From Phyllobates terribilis (taxonomy: Eukaryota): a DNA stretch of 64,000 nt. This document shows, piece by piece, positions 62,432 through 64,000 of the stretch; position 1 is the first letter of the stretch; every line of letters begins with the position of its first letter. Under the pieces are notes generated by a model. It saw nothing but the letters and a program-made list of their open reading frames with translations, was not told the DNA's origin and did no database searches. A program made the translations under genes and the position numbers. The stretch covers positions 191,394,001 through 191,458,000 of the forward strand of contig NW_027362770.1 in assembly GCF_046119375.1 (NCBI RefSeq), written 5' to 3'.

Positions 62432-62830
62432 ATATAGCACTATATGGGAGTATACAGCAGGATATAGAGGGTATATAGCATTATACAGGGGTATACAGCA
62501 CTATACAGGGGTATACAGCAGAATATAGAGGGTATATAGCACTATATAGGGGTATACAGCAGGTTATATAGGGTATATAGCACTATATAGGGTATACAGC
62601 AGAATATAGAGGGTATATAGCACTATATAGGGGTATACAGCATTATATGGAGGGTATATATCGCTATATGAGGGTATACAGCAGGATATGGAGGTATATA
62701 GCACTATATGGGAGTATACAGCTGTATGTGGAGGTATACAGCACTATAGACCTGTCAGAGACCCGAGCAGCACTATATGGGGGTATACAGCTGTACATGG
62801 AGGTATACAGCACTATAGACCTGTCAGTGA
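62432..62830. repeat. About 20/40-bp degenerate repeat of the histone spacer (TATACAGCACTATATGG...)
   Basis: An expanded version of the motif at 15210-15330. Confidence 0.8.
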
Positions 62831-63230
62831 CCCGAGCAGCAGTCACCGGGGAGGAGTCAGCTCTGTGACCGGATGTAACATCCTCGCGATAAAAGCGGGA
62901 AAATGACAGGAAAAAGGGCGGGAAATTCAACCTCCCCAACAGTTCTGTGCTCCGCCCACATCTGAGGAGAAGCCGCAGCTCCTGCTGCTGGGGGAGGGGC
63001 TGCTGACCGCCCTGTGCCCGGATGGCTGCAGTCTGCTCTGCGGGGACTGGGAACATCGGCCACTAAAGGGTTAACACCAAGTGTCTGCGGGGAGGAGCTG
63101 ATCCTGTGCTGCCTGTGGGCGGAGCCATAGTCCTACTGAGCGCTGATTGGCTGAGCGCTGAATATGAAATCCCCGCACAACGGCTGATAGTTCCTCCCGC
63201 TCTTTGTTCTCCTCAGTGTAACACGTGGTG
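62830..63230 (+). pseudogene. Empty H4 locus: upstream flank fused to downstream flank
   Basis: 62830-62951 resembles 15405-15526, and 62952-63230 resembles 16025-16268. Confidence 0.75.
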
Positions 63231-63233
63231 CAG

Positions 63234-64000
63234 AGCGCTATATGGAGGGTAATAACATCATGTGGCCGTATACAGCGCTATATGGAGGGTAATAACATCA
63301 TGTGGCCGTATACAGCGCTATATGGAGGGTAATAACATCATGTGGCCGTATACAGCGCTATATGGAGAGTAATAACATCATGTGGCCGTATACAGCGCTA
63401 TATGGAGGGTAATAACATCATGTGGCCGTATACAGCGCTATATGGAGGGTAATAACATCATGTGGCCGTATACAGCGCTATATGGAGAGTAATAACATCA
63501 TGTGGCCGTATACAGCGCTATATGGAGGGTAATAACATCATGTGGCCGTATACAGCGCTATATGGAGGGTAATAACATCATGTGGCCGTATACAGCGCTA
63601 TATGGAGAGTAATAACATCATGTGGCCGTATACAGCGCTATATGGAGGGTAATAACATGTGGCCGTATACAGCGCTATATGGAGGGTAATAACATCATGT
63701 GGCCGTATACAGCGCTATATGGAGAGTAATAACATCATGTGGCCGTATACAGCGCTATATGGAGGGTAATAACATCATGTGGCCGTATACAGCGCTATAT
63801 GGAGAGTAATAACATCATGTGGCCGTATACAGCGCTATATGGAGGGTAATAACATCATGTGGCCGTATACAGCGCTATATGGAGAGTAATAACATCATGT
63901 GGCCGTATAAAGCGCTATATGGAGGGTAATAACATCATGTGGCCGTATACAGCGCTATATGGAGAGTAATAACATCATGTGGCCGTATACAGCGCTATAT
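63234..64000. repeat. Homogeneous 40-bp satellite running off the window end
   Basis: Unit TATGGAG(G/A)GTAATAACATCATGTGGCCGTATACAGCGCTA. Confidence 0.97.

Overview
This is vertebrate genomic DNA, most likely from a frog (inferred from the repeat families and histone tail sequences), and it is mostly nested transposons. The intact host genes are four replication-dependent histone genes with stem-loop 3' ends: H2B (13611-13991), H4 (15686-15997) and a divergent H2A (20320-20724, -) / H2B (21042-21422) pair. No H3 or H1 is present. These genes sit in the spacer of a large inverted duplication (left arm 1-4733, right arm 29422-49635). Each arm carries an outward-facing 7SL (SRP RNA) gene copy with its upstream promoter. 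The right arm is inflated from about 4.7 kb to about 20 kb by insertions with readable target-site duplications (TSDs): piggyBac-type, hAT-type and a Penelope fragment. Other elements include L2, CR1, DIRS, Tc1, Helitron-like and V-SINE copies. A Penelope-like retroelement carries two unrelated 3' modules, each with a hammerhead-ribozyme motif. Two 'empty' H4 loci lack exactly the promoter, CDS and stem-loop. One five-level transposon nest has all inner TSDs intact, and fold-back palindromes occur from about 30 bp to tens of kb. All calls were read by eye from the sequence and ORF track, with no alignments or database searches. Boundaries not fixed by a TSD or codon are approximate.
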